This document shows positions 51,412 to 63,502 of a stretch of DNA of 64,000 bases, in pieces. The stretch covers positions 32,550,001 through 32,614,000 of the forward strand of contig NC_088795.1 of NCBI RefSeq assembly GCF_011386835.1, in the 5' to 3' direction. The first letter of the stretch is position 1; each line of letters starts with the position of its first letter. Origin of the DNA: Chrysemys picta bellii (lineage: Eukaryota). Under the pieces are notes generated by a model. It did not search any database. It was not told the DNA's origin and saw only the letters and a list, made by a program, of their open reading frames with translations. Made by a program: the position numbers and the translations under genes.

Positions 51412-52509
51412 CTTTTTGTATTGATCCTGGTTAAGTGACTTGGTTTTTATTTCCTGGCCCAATCTCTTACCAGCACTACTATGTGTCACACATTCAGCAC
51501 ACCCCCCTCCCTAGAGATGGAGTCTCTCACTCCTCATTGACGTTAGTGCCAATAAAACATCCCAGCACAATTCTTCCTCAGATGATTGTCAGGCCTTTGG
51601 GGAAGGTTCTTAATGGGCCATTTCCTTTAAAAATATCTCCTGACTGACAGTTCCATTAAGAGGCTGCAACTGTCAGCCAGGGAGTGAAGAGGAGGCCATA
51701 CTCAGGCCAAAGAGTCCCGAGAGGAAAGATTGTTGGGTTTTTTTCTTTGTGTTTATTGCATTTTTTCAGTTAGGTTCCGCCCCCCGTGGTCCCTGATTAG
51801 TTCATGTTATAACCTCAACCTTCAAACTTTAATAAGGTAACAATGGTAGAGATTTACATTCTCTACTAGCGTGAGTGACTTATAAAACCTCACAGGAGCT
51901 GACTGACAGATGAAGCAAAATCTGTCCGACCAAAAGAGAATATTGAACTCTGTGAGATAAATGTTGGTAATTTACTTCCATGGTACAAATTAATGTAGGG
52001 TGTGCTTTAAAGTAAAGGAAAATTAAGCAAGACTGCATTTAGCAGAATAAAGAGAGGGTGGATGGGAAAACACAGACAAAATCACATTATACTGTATTAT
52101 ATTGTAGTTGTACATTGGCCAAGGTTCTTGATACAAATTCTTCACACTGGAAAAATGTTTCCCATGGGGATTTATTTTATTATGACTTTTTTCTGTTTTG
52201 ATGAAAAAAGTAATGATATGAAGTGGAAAATGTCAAGAAAAATTAGTCTAAATATTGGCACTGTAAACCACAATAGAAAACACATTTTGCGGTGTGTTGT
52301 TGCTATTCACTGAAGACCTACAATACAGGTGTGCCAAGCTGTTGGAATATTTTTATATAACTGATAGCTTTTCCTCCACAAGAAAATATTGTGGTCTTTA
52401 GGGTCCAGTCTCCTCTTATTTCCTAATTCAGAAAAGGAAAGTATCCCTATTCAGAACAGCATTTATACATGACTAGGGATACTTTCCTATCTATTTAAAA
52501 TACTTATGA

Positions 52510-52732
52510 GGGCCCTCATTATTGTAATATCAGAGCACCTCAGTCTTTTAATGTCTTTATTGTCACAATACCCTTGTGAGTGAAATGCTATTATCCCTCA
52601 TTTACAGCTGCAGAACAGAAGCACAAAGAGATTAAATGATACAATGTCGCATAGGAAATCCTTGGTGGAGCAGGGAATTGAACCCAGGTTTCCAGTCACA
52701 GGCTGATGCCCTAAATACTAGACCATCCTTCT
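52510..52732 (-). mobile_element. MIR-like SINE
   Basis: ATTATCCCTCATTTACAG..AGAAGCACAAAGAGATTAAATGA..GGAATTGAACCCAGG..ACTAGACCATCCTTC is an antisense MIR. Confidence 0.75.
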
Positions 52733-54271
52733 TCTCAGGGTCGCCTCCCTGAATCAGGGCTTCAATACTTACATGTAATTTTAGGGAACAATACAATAGA
52801 TTTGTAAGCATATTGAGAGGTGACCTACTGACAGTCTAATTTTTCACATTCTAACCTAAGATGTTTTGGAATATTAGTTTCTTTGTTTAAACCAGGATTT
52901 TTGTCCTAAAGATCAAATGAAACTTTGCAGAGTAGAAGTTGGATAATTCACAATCAGAATATGTTTATATTTAAACCAGGCTGACTAACATTTTCAAACA
53001 CTTCCTGTTAGGTAATGCCGATATTTTATAAACATTCCCTTATTTGGTGGAACCATATTAGCCCATGTTGTTTGCAGTTGTCACTTAGCAATGTTTGTTA
53101 TTTTTTGCTATGTTGGAACTTGCTTGTCTTGTTTAAAATCATGATCACTCTGCGTAAAAAGCACAGATTCACAAATTCAGGATAACAAGGAACCACAGAC
53201 ATTTAAAAACTAAAAAGAATTTGCCACTGGACTTAGTTCCTTCAGGGTAAGAGGAGACCATACTTTCTGTCATGGATTTCTCTCCCATCTCTGCTAAACA
53301 CGTGCATTTATGAGACAGCCTGTAATCTCTAACAGACACCTAGTGGTGTGAATACCTGGCTTTATATTGAACACACAACAAACAGTCCACTTAAATACAA
53401 ACCAACTTCTGTTTCTCAACTATTGAGAACCAACAGATTTTCCAACCATAAATATATTTTATTAATGTGCCTTCAAGAGGCACAGTGAGACTAAATGCCC
53501 GTTAAACCAACAAGAGATTAAAAAAAATCAATTTAATTTTTAAGGAGGTGGAAAAAAAGAAACAGAAGAGAAAGCAGATGGGAAAATAAGAAAAAAAAAT
53601 AAGATGAAAGGAAAGAAGGAAGTTGCTGAACTAGGTTTTCTCTTAAGTGAGCATTCCAAATTACACACTCTTGTTTTGTTCTTTTGTTAAAATAATTAGC
53701 TAAAGAACACCATCTGCGTACAAATCTGCATGCCTTCTGAGTTTACAGTTGGGTAAATTTGTATAGAGGTGCAAGGTTCCAATCATGTTGTACCCATTGC
53801 AACATGGAAAGAGAGTCAGGATTTTTCCATTTTTTACAAATAAGTGACTGAGCAGGCAGCAGAAAAAATTAAGTTAGCATTCAGTTTCTCTCTCACTTTC
53901 CTCAGAGTTCAAGTACCCCAAGATATAAACTTTTGGAATATTGGGCACCAAAAAGCCAGTGATTATTTTTCTAGTGTGATACAAAACAAGGGAACACTAA
54001 GGAGGTAATTCTGGAGATGAATGGCATTTCTTGTGACTAGAACAGTCCCTTTTAAAAAAGTATTTGCTTAAGTAAGCTGATTCAGAAGTGATGAGTGGGA
54101 ATTGCTGGTTGCTCAGCACTTCTGAAATTCAGGCCACAGGTGTGTAGCTTTGGATATAGGAGGTTAACTTTAGGCGTCCATTTTGGAAAATCCTGGCCCC
54201 TACCTTTAAAGCACTTTTAGATGCATTAGGTTAAGGCTCCAATCCAACAAAGCACTTAAGCACGGATCTAA

Positions 54272-54359
54272 GGCTCAGATCCTTAAAGGTATGTAAGTGT
54301 CTAAATCCCATTGAAATTAATGGGAGTAAGGCACCTAAATACCTTTGAGGAACTGGGCC
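54272..54359. mobile_element. Short palindromic MITE
   Basis: GGCTCAGATCCTTAAAGGTAT..CCCATTGAAATTAATGGG..ATACCTTTGAGGAACTGGGCC; TAA/TAG flanks. Confidence 0.75.
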
Positions 54360-55289
54360 TAGATTACTTGCCCAAAGATAGTGGTAATGTCTGAATCAAG
54401 GCAAAAGATCAGAATCAGGAGTTTCTGCTTCATCATACTGTACTCTGAGCAGATTGACATTTCTATCTCTCTCTGTAAATTAAACTGTTCTATCCCTTTC
54501 CCCCTCTATGGCTCCTCTCCATTTTATATTGAGAACCTTTTTATAGTTTGCCTTTCCCCTGTACTTCCATACTGTCATTGGGGAAGGATTTCAGAATGGC
54601 AAATAGTGGAAAATTGGACTCCTGATTCTGATTTAAACTTAAATAGACAGGAAATACCCTATTTTAGGCTTAGTGGGTGCATACAAACTTTAAGAAAAGG
54701 ACCTTAAGTCTTTAATATGGTCCATATTAAAAATATCCTACTAAATTAATCAGCTGTTTCCCATATGGTCTTAAAACCTTTTCCAATAAGGTAAATATGA
54801 GCAAACATGATTTTTTTTAAAATTGAACAGATTATTTAATGTTTTCTTACTTTATATCTTTTAGAATGCTAGATGGTTATCTCAAAATGAAAAAGCTTCT
54901 AATTCTAAGTGACATTCTCAGGTTCAAATAACATCTATTGCTTTTGATGTATTATTCAGTGATGTAACAGTTAAGGCTATTCACTAGCTTCAGCTGCAGT
55001 AAAGGTGGTGGTGGTGACTTCAATGGAAATTTTCCTTTAGAAAAGACTTTAAGATTTGGCCTTTTATTGAAAACAAAAGCCATAATACAACTTGGATAAA
55101 TCAAAGTTCTATTACTAGCAAGTGAGACATTGCAAGGGTTTCAAGAGTCCTACTTGATCAGGTTCAAAATATTTAACATTGAGAAAAAAGTATCAAATTT
55201 CCCAAATTTCCCTTTTTTCATAGCAATATCAGAAATGCAAAGCTTTAAGAATCTTTCAAGAATCTCATAGCAAATAAGTTTCAGTAAAT

Positions 55290-55432
55290 ATTATCACCAC
55301 TTTGTTGATGAGGAAGCTGATACCTAGAACTTCAAGGTATGTGATTGCCTTCATACAGCCAACCAATGGCCAAATCAGGAATAAAACCCAGATCTCCTGA
55401 ATCTGAGATCCCACTAAACCATACTGCCTCTC
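55290..55432 (-). mobile_element. MIR-like SINE fragment
   Basis: TTATCACCACTTTG..GATGAGGAAGCTGA..AAACCCAGATCTCCTGA..ACTAAACCATACTGCCTCTC. Confidence 0.6.
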
Positions 55433-55772
55433 ATGTCACCCAAGCATAATTGGGAAAGAGCCTTTAACATTGCAGATGCAATCTCTGCCCCGTCACTTCT
55501 TTGGGTGAAACTTTTAAAAGTGCTAGAGATGGGGAGGAGGAAAAACTTAACCAATTCAGGTTACTGCATTGTTTTATTAGGTTCCATGTACCAAGCACAG
55601 ATTAGGCCTAACACTGGTGCCTAATGGAATACAAATGGCAATTATGTACCCATGTTCTGGGAGTGTTCATAATTTTGGGACAATAATTGTCTATAGAACA
55701 CGGATTTAATTTTGATTGCTTATTTCTGTTACCCATGGCCCTGCCAATAAAGCTGGCTGGGGTCTCTTATTT

Positions 55773-55994
55773 GGCTCCCATTACCACAGTATCTGAGCAC
55801 CTCACAATCTTTAATGTCACAACCCCTGTGTGGTAGGGAAGTGCTCTTATCCCCATTTTACAGATGGGGAACTGAGGCACATGAAGACTAAATGATTTGC
55901 CAAAGATCACACAGGAAGGCTGTGCCAGAGTAGGGAAATTAATGTGCATGTCAAGTCCTAAGCTATCATTGCTGGGCACTGGACCATCCTTCCT
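55773..55994 (-). mobile_element. MIR-like SINE
   Basis: TATCCCCATTTTACAGATGGGGAACTGAGGCAC..AAATGATTTGCCAAAGATCACACAG (CORE), head ACTGGACCATCCTTCC. Confidence 0.85.
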
Positions 55995-56490
55995 GTCATG
56001 GGCAGTATACTGCACTCCCCTGAGAAGGTGTAGAAGCAGTGTCTAGATCTCCCCTGAATGCACAGAGCTCAAGGAAGATTTCTACCTGCCCGAGTCAACT
56101 TTCCTTCTGGAATTACACCCATAATGGTGTTACCAGCATGGAGCTGTGCTTCAGGGGCCTGATCCTGCAAAGTGTTCGGTGTCTCCTGTGTGGTCCGGAG
56201 GGCCATTGAATTTAGTGGGAACTAACCATGATGAGCACATTGCAAAAGGTATTCAGCAATTTACAGGATCAAGTCCTAAACGTACAAATTAACCCACGAT
56301 GAGTTGCTTGGAGAGACATAAAGAAAAGTATTAGTATATTGGTAACCAAAGTGATGGCTTAAGTAAAGCTGATTGAACTCCAGAAACAACCATTTTGTTG
56401 AATAATTTATTTGATGAATAGCATTTAACCAACTGCAGAGCTGAAAGCCTGTGAACCATTTCAGCCTGAAAGCAGCTTTTTAAAAAAGAA

Positions 56491-56528
56491 TGTGTGTGTG
56501 TGTGTGTGTGAGAGAGAGCGAGAGAGAG
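56491..56528. repeat. Compound (TG)10(AG)n microsatellite
   Basis: Direct reading of the sequence. Confidence 0.95.
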
Positions 56529-57454
56529 AATAAAAAATAGGTTTATACTGGAAAAGCAGGCAAACCTTAACCATGGAGGAAGTGTCATGCCTCCCTATTC
56601 TACACTTAAGTGTCTGTAATCTGTTTACTGTTACTTTGCTCTGTTTTTGCTGTGTGGGTCCTATTAATGTCAATGAAATATTTGGTTTGAGATATTTTGA
56701 AGCTGTCTATGGGATTTGAAAATTAATGGAAATTGAGAGGGAGTCCAAATCACTTGGGGCAGTTTTGAAAATCCAACGCTCTTAATACTTCTTAAAATTG
56801 AATAGTAGTTCATTTTCTAAACTGCATTGAAAGGCCCTAGTGATGGATGCTTAAGGACCTAAGACAGATAGATGAATTATCATTTGTGTAACTTTTCTAT
56901 GTGCAGTACGTTAGCCTGTTTCTGGAATTGTGTTTAATATGTGATGAGGTAAAATCCAGTATCCCAGAATCCTCTTTGCTCATGGTATAGAACAGCAAGT
57001 TGTAATTTAACAGACTGAGACAAATGACTGTTCCTGGGACATTCGAGCCCTATGATCTGTCCTGTGCTGATCATGTGTTTGAAGATCCCTATCATGCTGA
57101 GAATGATTAATGAGTGTTTTTAAACGGACTCCTCTTTATGAGCAGCATCAAACTGGCATTGGATGGCAGGTTCCTTTCATTTGAAACATTTCACAGCATT
57201 TACTCATGAAATCTGAAATGTTTTCTCTTCCTCTTGGCACTTGTATATAGTAACCTGAGTACATAAATACCTAATTCACAGCTTTGTTTTCCCCTTTGGG
57301 AGCTCTCTGTCTCTTCAGGCAAGCAGGCATGTGGAGAATCATTTACCAGGAAAACTGACTTTCTAAGACAGCTGAGGCTAGTTCTGGAGGTACAGGAGAG
57401 AAAGACTCAGTATAGTTTGTGTAATGTCAGTGATGCACATTCCTTACAGAGACC

Positions 57455-57572
57455 TAGGAACTACGGGTACTGGGGGTTTCTGCACCCCCTGGCTTGAAGC
57501 AGTAACAAGCAGCACCAAATGCATGGTTTTCATCATCAGCATCTCCACTATAAAAATTGTTCAGCACCCCTG
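57455..57572. mobile_element. hAT MITE (GGTGCTGGAAC family), degenerate
   Basis: Shares CCCCTGGCTTGAA and CCACTATAAAAATTGTTCAGCACCCCTG with the 26958 copy. Confidence 0.7.
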
Positions 57573-58531
57573 GAGAAGCACTGGGGATGCTTGAAGGTCA
57601 GTGACTGTGACAGGGCATTGCCCAGAGTTTGAGAGATGCAGAAGTAAACAGCCACTGAATTTTATGGCCACGAATAAGGATCATTGAGGATTCTCTTTTT
57701 AGAAAAAGAGGTCCATATGCTCTCTCTATTATGCAGCACAGAGAGAACAGCGGGGGGCAATTTAAAGAGCGAATGCCATGTGGAAAGGAGATGTGACTAG
57801 ACATTACTATTATTGTTATTTATATTATGGTTGCACCTAGAGGCCTGAACTGAGATCAGAGCTCCATTGTGCTAGGCACTGTACACACACATTGTAAGAG
57901 AGTCCCTGCCCCCAGAAGCTTATAATCAGAAGAGACAAGTCAGACAAACGGTGGGATGGACACCACCTCATACCATTCTATGAGGTCAGCCACAATCAGA
58001 GTTCCCCTGCATCTTATGTGTGTCTGGGGAGAACCATGTTAAAGTGTGAGGGGAGGGGGCTGGGAAGAGGACAACTTCAGGAGGGAAGAAGGGATCAGTG
58101 AATAGCTGTTACAAGGGGCATCTTCTTCTCAAAGATTCTTAAGATTCAGCTGGATTCCTTGTGTAGCCAAGTCATTCCTGTTTGTGTATGGTACAGAGAG
58201 ACAGACCTGGGAATACAGAATGTGAATTGCAGAAGCCAGTGCATCATCTTGCTGAAACCAGCTGCAGGTTGAGGGACATCTTTCTTCAGGCTCCCCAATG
58301 ACACTCCTCAGTTTGGTACTAGAGTAATGGGTTTTCTGGCCTCATTCCTTTCAAAATGTATAATACTCTATGGTTGAAAGGCATGGTGAGAAGCAATCTG
58401 TGTGTTACTGCCATGGTGTATTTATGCCACATCTCAATACAAAACTGTACTGATCTGTGCAGAAGGGTGTGATGTAGTCCATAGTTCTCATCTAGTTCAT
58501 CCTTGCCAGGAGTCAATCATTCCCCTAAAGT

Positions 58532-58971
58532 TAAGGCTACAATTTTGTCATGGAGGTCGCGGCAGTTAGAGAATCCATATCTTCCAAAAACTTCCGTGAC
58601 TTCAGCCCTGGTGGCTGAGAGTTGCAGGGTCCTGCCACCTCCCACAGCGGCAGGGAGCTGAGGTACCCCCCCCACCGCCTGAGGCAGTAGGCCCCCAAGT
58701 TCCCAGCTGCCATGGGCAGCAGGGTTACCCCACAGCTCCCAGCTGCTGCAGGCAGGGGAAGGTACCCCGGAGCTCCTCGGCCACCATGGCGGTGGCAGGG
58801 GGACACCAGCAGCTCCCCGCCCGCCACTGCGGGGAGCTGCTGGTCCCTGGAGCTCTGAGTCCCCACGGGTGGTGGGGACCCCAGAGCTCCCAGTCACCCC
58901 GTAGCTCCCCAGTCCCTTTCCATTTTATCAGGACTTTTACTAAAAATATCCATGACAAAATCTTAGCCTTA
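58532..58971. mobile_element. hAT MITE with GC-rich internal subrepeats
   Basis: TIRs TAAGGCTACAATTTTGTCATGGA / TCCATGACAAAATCTTAGCCTTA; 8-bp TSD CCTAAAGT/CCTATAGT. Confidence 0.92.
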
Positions 58972-59094
58972 CCTATAGTATATTATCTAAATCTCTACCA
59001 GTTTGGTTTTAAATAATTCACTCAAAATATGAGATTTAATCTCTTTCCCTGGCAGATTATTCTACAGTACAATAGCCATCACACTCAAGAAATA

Positions 59095-59290
59095 TTTCTT
59101 GGTAGACCATCTAAGTTATCCTTTGTTCAATTTCATCCCTATTAGTTCTAGCTATACCCCTTGGACCACCAGAAAGAATTCCTCTTTGTTGTTTGCACAA
59201 TTCCTCTTTGTTGTCTGCACACTTCAAATACTTGTAGACCATTTAGCCAAACTATGCATATTTACTTCCTTTAATCTTTTCTTATAAGTC
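59095..59290 (-). mobile_element. Old CR1-like fragment with a 22-bp tandem duplication (59177-59220)
   Basis: AATTTCATCCCTATTAGTTCTAG..TTCAAATACTTGTAGAC..TTTAGCCAAACTA; AATTCCTCTTTGTTGT(T/C)TGCAC repeated twice. Confidence 0.5.
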
Positions 59291-60449
59291 AGGAAAGCCT
59301 ATGGATCCACCATAGAGATGTCAGTCATAATGAATCTCTTAGTGAGGCGTGACAGGCCCAGAGAACATGTGGCAGCTGTGATGAAGCTGCCAAAAGTCAA
59401 AAGAAGAAAAGCAAAAAAAGTAGTTCTTCATTTTTCTGTTTTTCAAATCATTTTATATCTCCCAATTTTAGTTGCTTCTGTTTTAAGCTGTCAACTGCAT
59501 GTGGATCACTCAGAGTTTACAAGAAGAAGCAATGAATTCTCCAATACTGATTGTTTGTTTTCTTTTGGGAATTGGCATTTTTATATACTATACTCCTGAT
59601 GTATAATCTGATGTGATCCATGTCATGAGTAAAAAAAGCAAAATTGGAAAAAACAGTTCTTCCACATTAGGGTAACAAGGCCTGATTGCCCACACTCTGG
59701 TGTACCTCTGATTGAGTTCAGTGGATTTACTCCTGATTCACATAAGATTAAGGAGAATCAGGATATCTCTATAAGCACTGTAATAGAGAAAGATTAGCCA
59801 TTTAAATGGTCAAGCTAAAGAAGACAATACAGGAGCTAACTTGATCCTTCTCCCATTCAGAACTCTCCTGTGGGTTTATGAATACCAGGAGGAAGAATTA
59901 ACTATTAAATACCATGATTAGAGTGGTCCATATTTCTGCTACCCTCAAAAGACCATCTCTGTCAGCTTCTGTTCCTTTAGAACCACATGGTAGAGGTGGT
60001 GGGACTGAGGATTCATTCTGACCATGTGAAATACAAAACTGATAGGAAAAAAGATTTAATTTCAGAGGTTATTATAAAAAGTAGAGCAAAAGTTTCTTAA
60101 ATTGATTTTAAATGGAGGGAAAAAGCTTAGAGTAGTCAATTCAAAAAGAATAAATTGAGAGGTGACTTTACAGATTGATTTCCTTGTATGCACAAAAGCA
60201 GTTGGATCACACTGCTGTAATCTGGTCCTCCTTTCTTTTGTGGGATGATGTCCACACTGGTTTTATAATCCTGTTGAACAGGTAATGTTACTGAGAAAAA
60301 AAATGTAAAGAGAAGACAAAAAGCCCAAGAACTGAACCTAGAGCAATACCAATAAAGAGTCGGGGAGGAGACTGAGAAGACATTAAAGAAGATGCTGAAT
60401 GAGTGGTTGTACATGTAGGCAATGAATTATAACAAAACAGTCTCAAGAG

Positions 60450-60608
60450 CAGGGCCGGCTCCAGTCACCAGCTTAACAAGCAGGTGCTTGGGGGCGGCCA
60501 AGGGAGAGGGGCGGCACCTGCGGCAATTTGGGGGCGGCAGGTCCCTCGCTCCCTCTTTTTTTTTTTTTTTTTTTGCTTGGGGCGGCAGAAATGCTGGAGT
60601 CGGCCCTG
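60450..60608. mobile_element. hAT MITE (CAGGGCCGG family)
   Basis: TIRs CAGGGCCGGCTCCAG / CTGGAGTCGGCCCTG; perfect 8-bp TSD CTCAAGAG. Confidence 0.93.
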
Positions 60609-61607
60609 CTCAAGAGAGGGCAGAATGAGGATTACATGAGGAAACAGTCCAATACCAGGAAAAGCCTGTATTTAGTGGCTAATACTGAGGCATATGCACA
60701 CTCCCACATACCAAAGTACACAGCAAGGCTGAGGAAAGAAATTTTCAGCCCCAACACATACATTAATGCCAGAGCATGTGTGTGACTGGCTTGTAGAGGT
60801 TACTGCTGGGTATGTAGATGAGTAGTTGATGTGGCCCACTGCATCTCCCATTAATGGAATTTGGCCATGTAGTGTCTGGACCTGCTGACTAAACTCAATG
60901 GAGAAAGAAGCCACCTTGCTGACAGAAAGGCTGTAAAATCCCGCTGAGGCTTCTTCATTGATCTGGTCCCTGCACAGTGGAAATCAATCATTTTCATTGC
61001 ATTAGGCTTTTTCTGCTTGTGTCAACATCTTGAGGACTGCGCCCTAAAGATCAAAATAAAATCCATAAACTCAAAATATCACATCTGCTTTACAGAAATT
61101 ACAACTGAAAAACAATGTGATTTTTAAAAAAATCAAAATAAACACTGTAAAAACCTAGTGGAAAAACATCTGCACTTTCCAGCTCATTAGACCCCTTTGT
61201 CATGAAGGTTTATACAGAATTCTGCATTTTTCCTTGAATTTTTTATTGTTGCATTTTATTTATAAGTAACTATAGTTCATGGCAGGAAACAATATTTTTC
61301 TATCGTTGATAAGAGGTGGTTGCTGGGCCAGGTTTAAAGGCCATTTGGAATGCAGGAGACCATGTTTGTGACAATTAGGACAACACTATGTAAATGTTAC
61401 CTTTCACATACAAGTTGTTTATGCTTGTAAAATATTCATGGAGGGTTGAGATAGTTAGAGGAGAGAAATCTTTAAAGTGCCAGAACAGTAAGCAAAATGA
61501 AATGATGGCTATTTCTTTATTTACCTATAAAATGAAGCTAACATAGTCACTTTCCAAGGCAGGAAAATACTATGTTTTTTAAGTATGTCCTTTTTTCTTT
61601 TCCCCAG

Positions 61608-61637
61608 ACCGAATAGAGATGGCAAGGCGAGAAATAG
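61608..61637 (+). other. Candidate 30-nt exon of an unidentified transcript
   Basis: Strong acceptor CCTTTTTTCTTTTCCCCAG and donor AG|GTAATC; length a multiple of 3; open as xRIEMARREI or xPNRDGKARN; two CpGs retained. No transcript evidence. Confidence 0.35.
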
Positions 61638-62015
61638 GTAATCTCTTCATTGGAGCGGCTCATTATAAATCTCTTCATATATGGTGAGGTGATGTTGGTG
61701 AACACAGTCCATCAAACTTGGTATTGGTGTGCAAGTCCAAATGAGAAACAGTCCTGGCTCCATCCCCTTCTTATATTTTGGCATAGTTCTGGACTAGTTC
61801 TGACAGAGAAGTCTAGACCATATGACAAAAGAATGTGAATGAGAGGGCAGCAGATTTCAGTATTTCTCCATGGTCCTATTCTCCCAAGGCAGGATACAAG
61901 TAACTATGATTGACTTCATCAAGGAATAAGCCTCCACTGATGTTATGCCTAGTGCTTTGTGAGAATAAGCAATATGAGTTGTAGTGTTTACTGTTTTGAC
62001 AGTGCAGCGTAGTGC

Positions 62016-63502
62016 TCATAAGAATGTAAGATTGGCCATACTGGGTCACACCAAAGGTCCATCCAGCCCAGTATCCTGTCTTCCGACATGTCCAATGCCA
62101 GATGCCCCAGAGGGAGTGAACCTAACAAGTAATGATCAAGTGATCTCTCTCCTGCCATCCATCTCCATCCTCTGACAAACAGAGGCCAGGGACACCATTC
62201 CTTACACATCCTGGCTAGTAGCCATTAATGAACTTAACCTCCATGAATTTATCTAGTTCTTTTTTAAACCCTGGTATAGTCCTAGCCTTCACAACCTCCT
62301 CAGGCAAGGAGTTCCACAGGTTGACTGTGCGCTGTGTGAAGAAGAACTTCCTTTTATTTGTTTTAAACCTGCTGCCCATTAATTTCATTTGGTGGCCCCT
62401 AGTTCTTATATTATGGGAGCAAGTAAATAACTTTTCCTTATTCACTTTCTCCACACCACTCATGATTTTATATACCTCTATCATATTCCCCCTTAGTCTC
62501 TCTCTTCCAAGCTGAGAAGTCCTAGCCTCTTTAATCTCTCCTCATATGAGACCTGTTCCAAACCCCTAATCATTTTAGTTGCCCTTCTCTGAACCTTTTC
62601 TAATGCCAGTATATCTTTTTTGAGATGAGAAGACCACATCTGTATTCAGTATTCAAGATGTGGGCGTACCATGGATTTATATAAGGGCAATAAGATATTC
62701 TCTGTCTTATTCTCTATCCCTTTTTAAATGATTCCTAACATCCTGTTTGCTTTTTTGACTGCCGCTGCACACTGTGTGGATGTTTTCAGAGAACTATCCA
62801 CGATGACTCCAAGATCTCTTTCCGGATTAGTTGTAGCTAAATTAGCCCCCCCATCATATTGTATGTATAGTTGGGGTTATTTTTTCCAATGTGCATTACT
62901 TTACATTTATCCACATTAAATTTCATTCGCCATTTTGTTGCCCAATCATTTAGTTTTGTGAGATCTTTTTGAAGTTCTTCACAGTCTGCTTTGGTCTTAA
63001 CTATCTTGAGCAGTTTAGTATCATCTGCAAACTTTGCCACCTCACTGTTTACTCCTTTCTCCAGATCATTTATGAATAAGTTGAATAGGATTGGTCCTAG
63101 GACTGACCCTTGGGGAACACCACTTGTTAGCCCTCTCCGTTCTGAAAATTTATCGTTTATTCCTACCCTTTGTTCCCTGTCTTTTAACCAATGACCAATC
63201 CATGAAAGGATCTTCCCTCTTATCCTGTGACAACTTAATTTACGTAGGAGCCTTTGGTGAGGCCCCTCACCAAAGGCTTTCTGGAAATCTAAGTACACGA
63301 TGTTCACTGGATCCCCCTTGTCCACATGTTTGTTGACCCCTTCAAAGAACTCTAATAGATCAGTAAGGCATGATTTCCCTCTACAGAAACCATTTTGACT
63401 TTTGCCCAGTACTGACATTAGACTTACCGGTCTGTAATTGCCGGGATCACCTCTAGAGCCCTTTTTAAATATTGGTGTTACATTAGCTATCTTCCAGTCA
63501 TT
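62016..63502 (-). mobile_element. Relatively young 5'-truncated CR1 LINE (~1.5 kb)
   Basis: ORF 62837..63625 contains DWKIANVTPIFKKGSRGDPGNYRPVSL..QNGFCRGKSCLTDLL..LDFQKAF..GVPQGSVLGPILFNLFINDL..FADDTKL..FNVDKCKVMH; ORF 62215..62484 gives the ORF2 C-terminus; 3' tail ATTCTTATGA. Confidence 0.97.

Noticed and set aside
58517-59016. Four overlapping GC-rich ORFs
   Set aside because: All lie in a hAT MITE with TIRs and TSD; GC-rich subrepeats simply lack stop codons.
59531-59605. MNSPILIVCFLLGIGIFIYYTPDV, signal-peptide-like and faintly similar to the CATSPERB N-terminus
   Set aside because: Similarity is limited to a few hydrophobic residues, the donor is weak, and no other CATSPERB or neighbouring-gene exons were found.
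60152-60291. Minus-strand segment after a strong acceptor (TLPVQQDYKTSVDIIPQKKGGPDYSS...)
   Set aside because: Only a weak donor, no phase-compatible partner identified nearby, and no recognisable homology.
61650-61838. Peptide HQTWYWCASPNEKQSWL resembling a PH-domain C-terminus
   Set aside because: No convincing acceptor/donor pair frames it, the rest of the PH fold is absent, and the ORF uses a non-ATG start. Likely chance.
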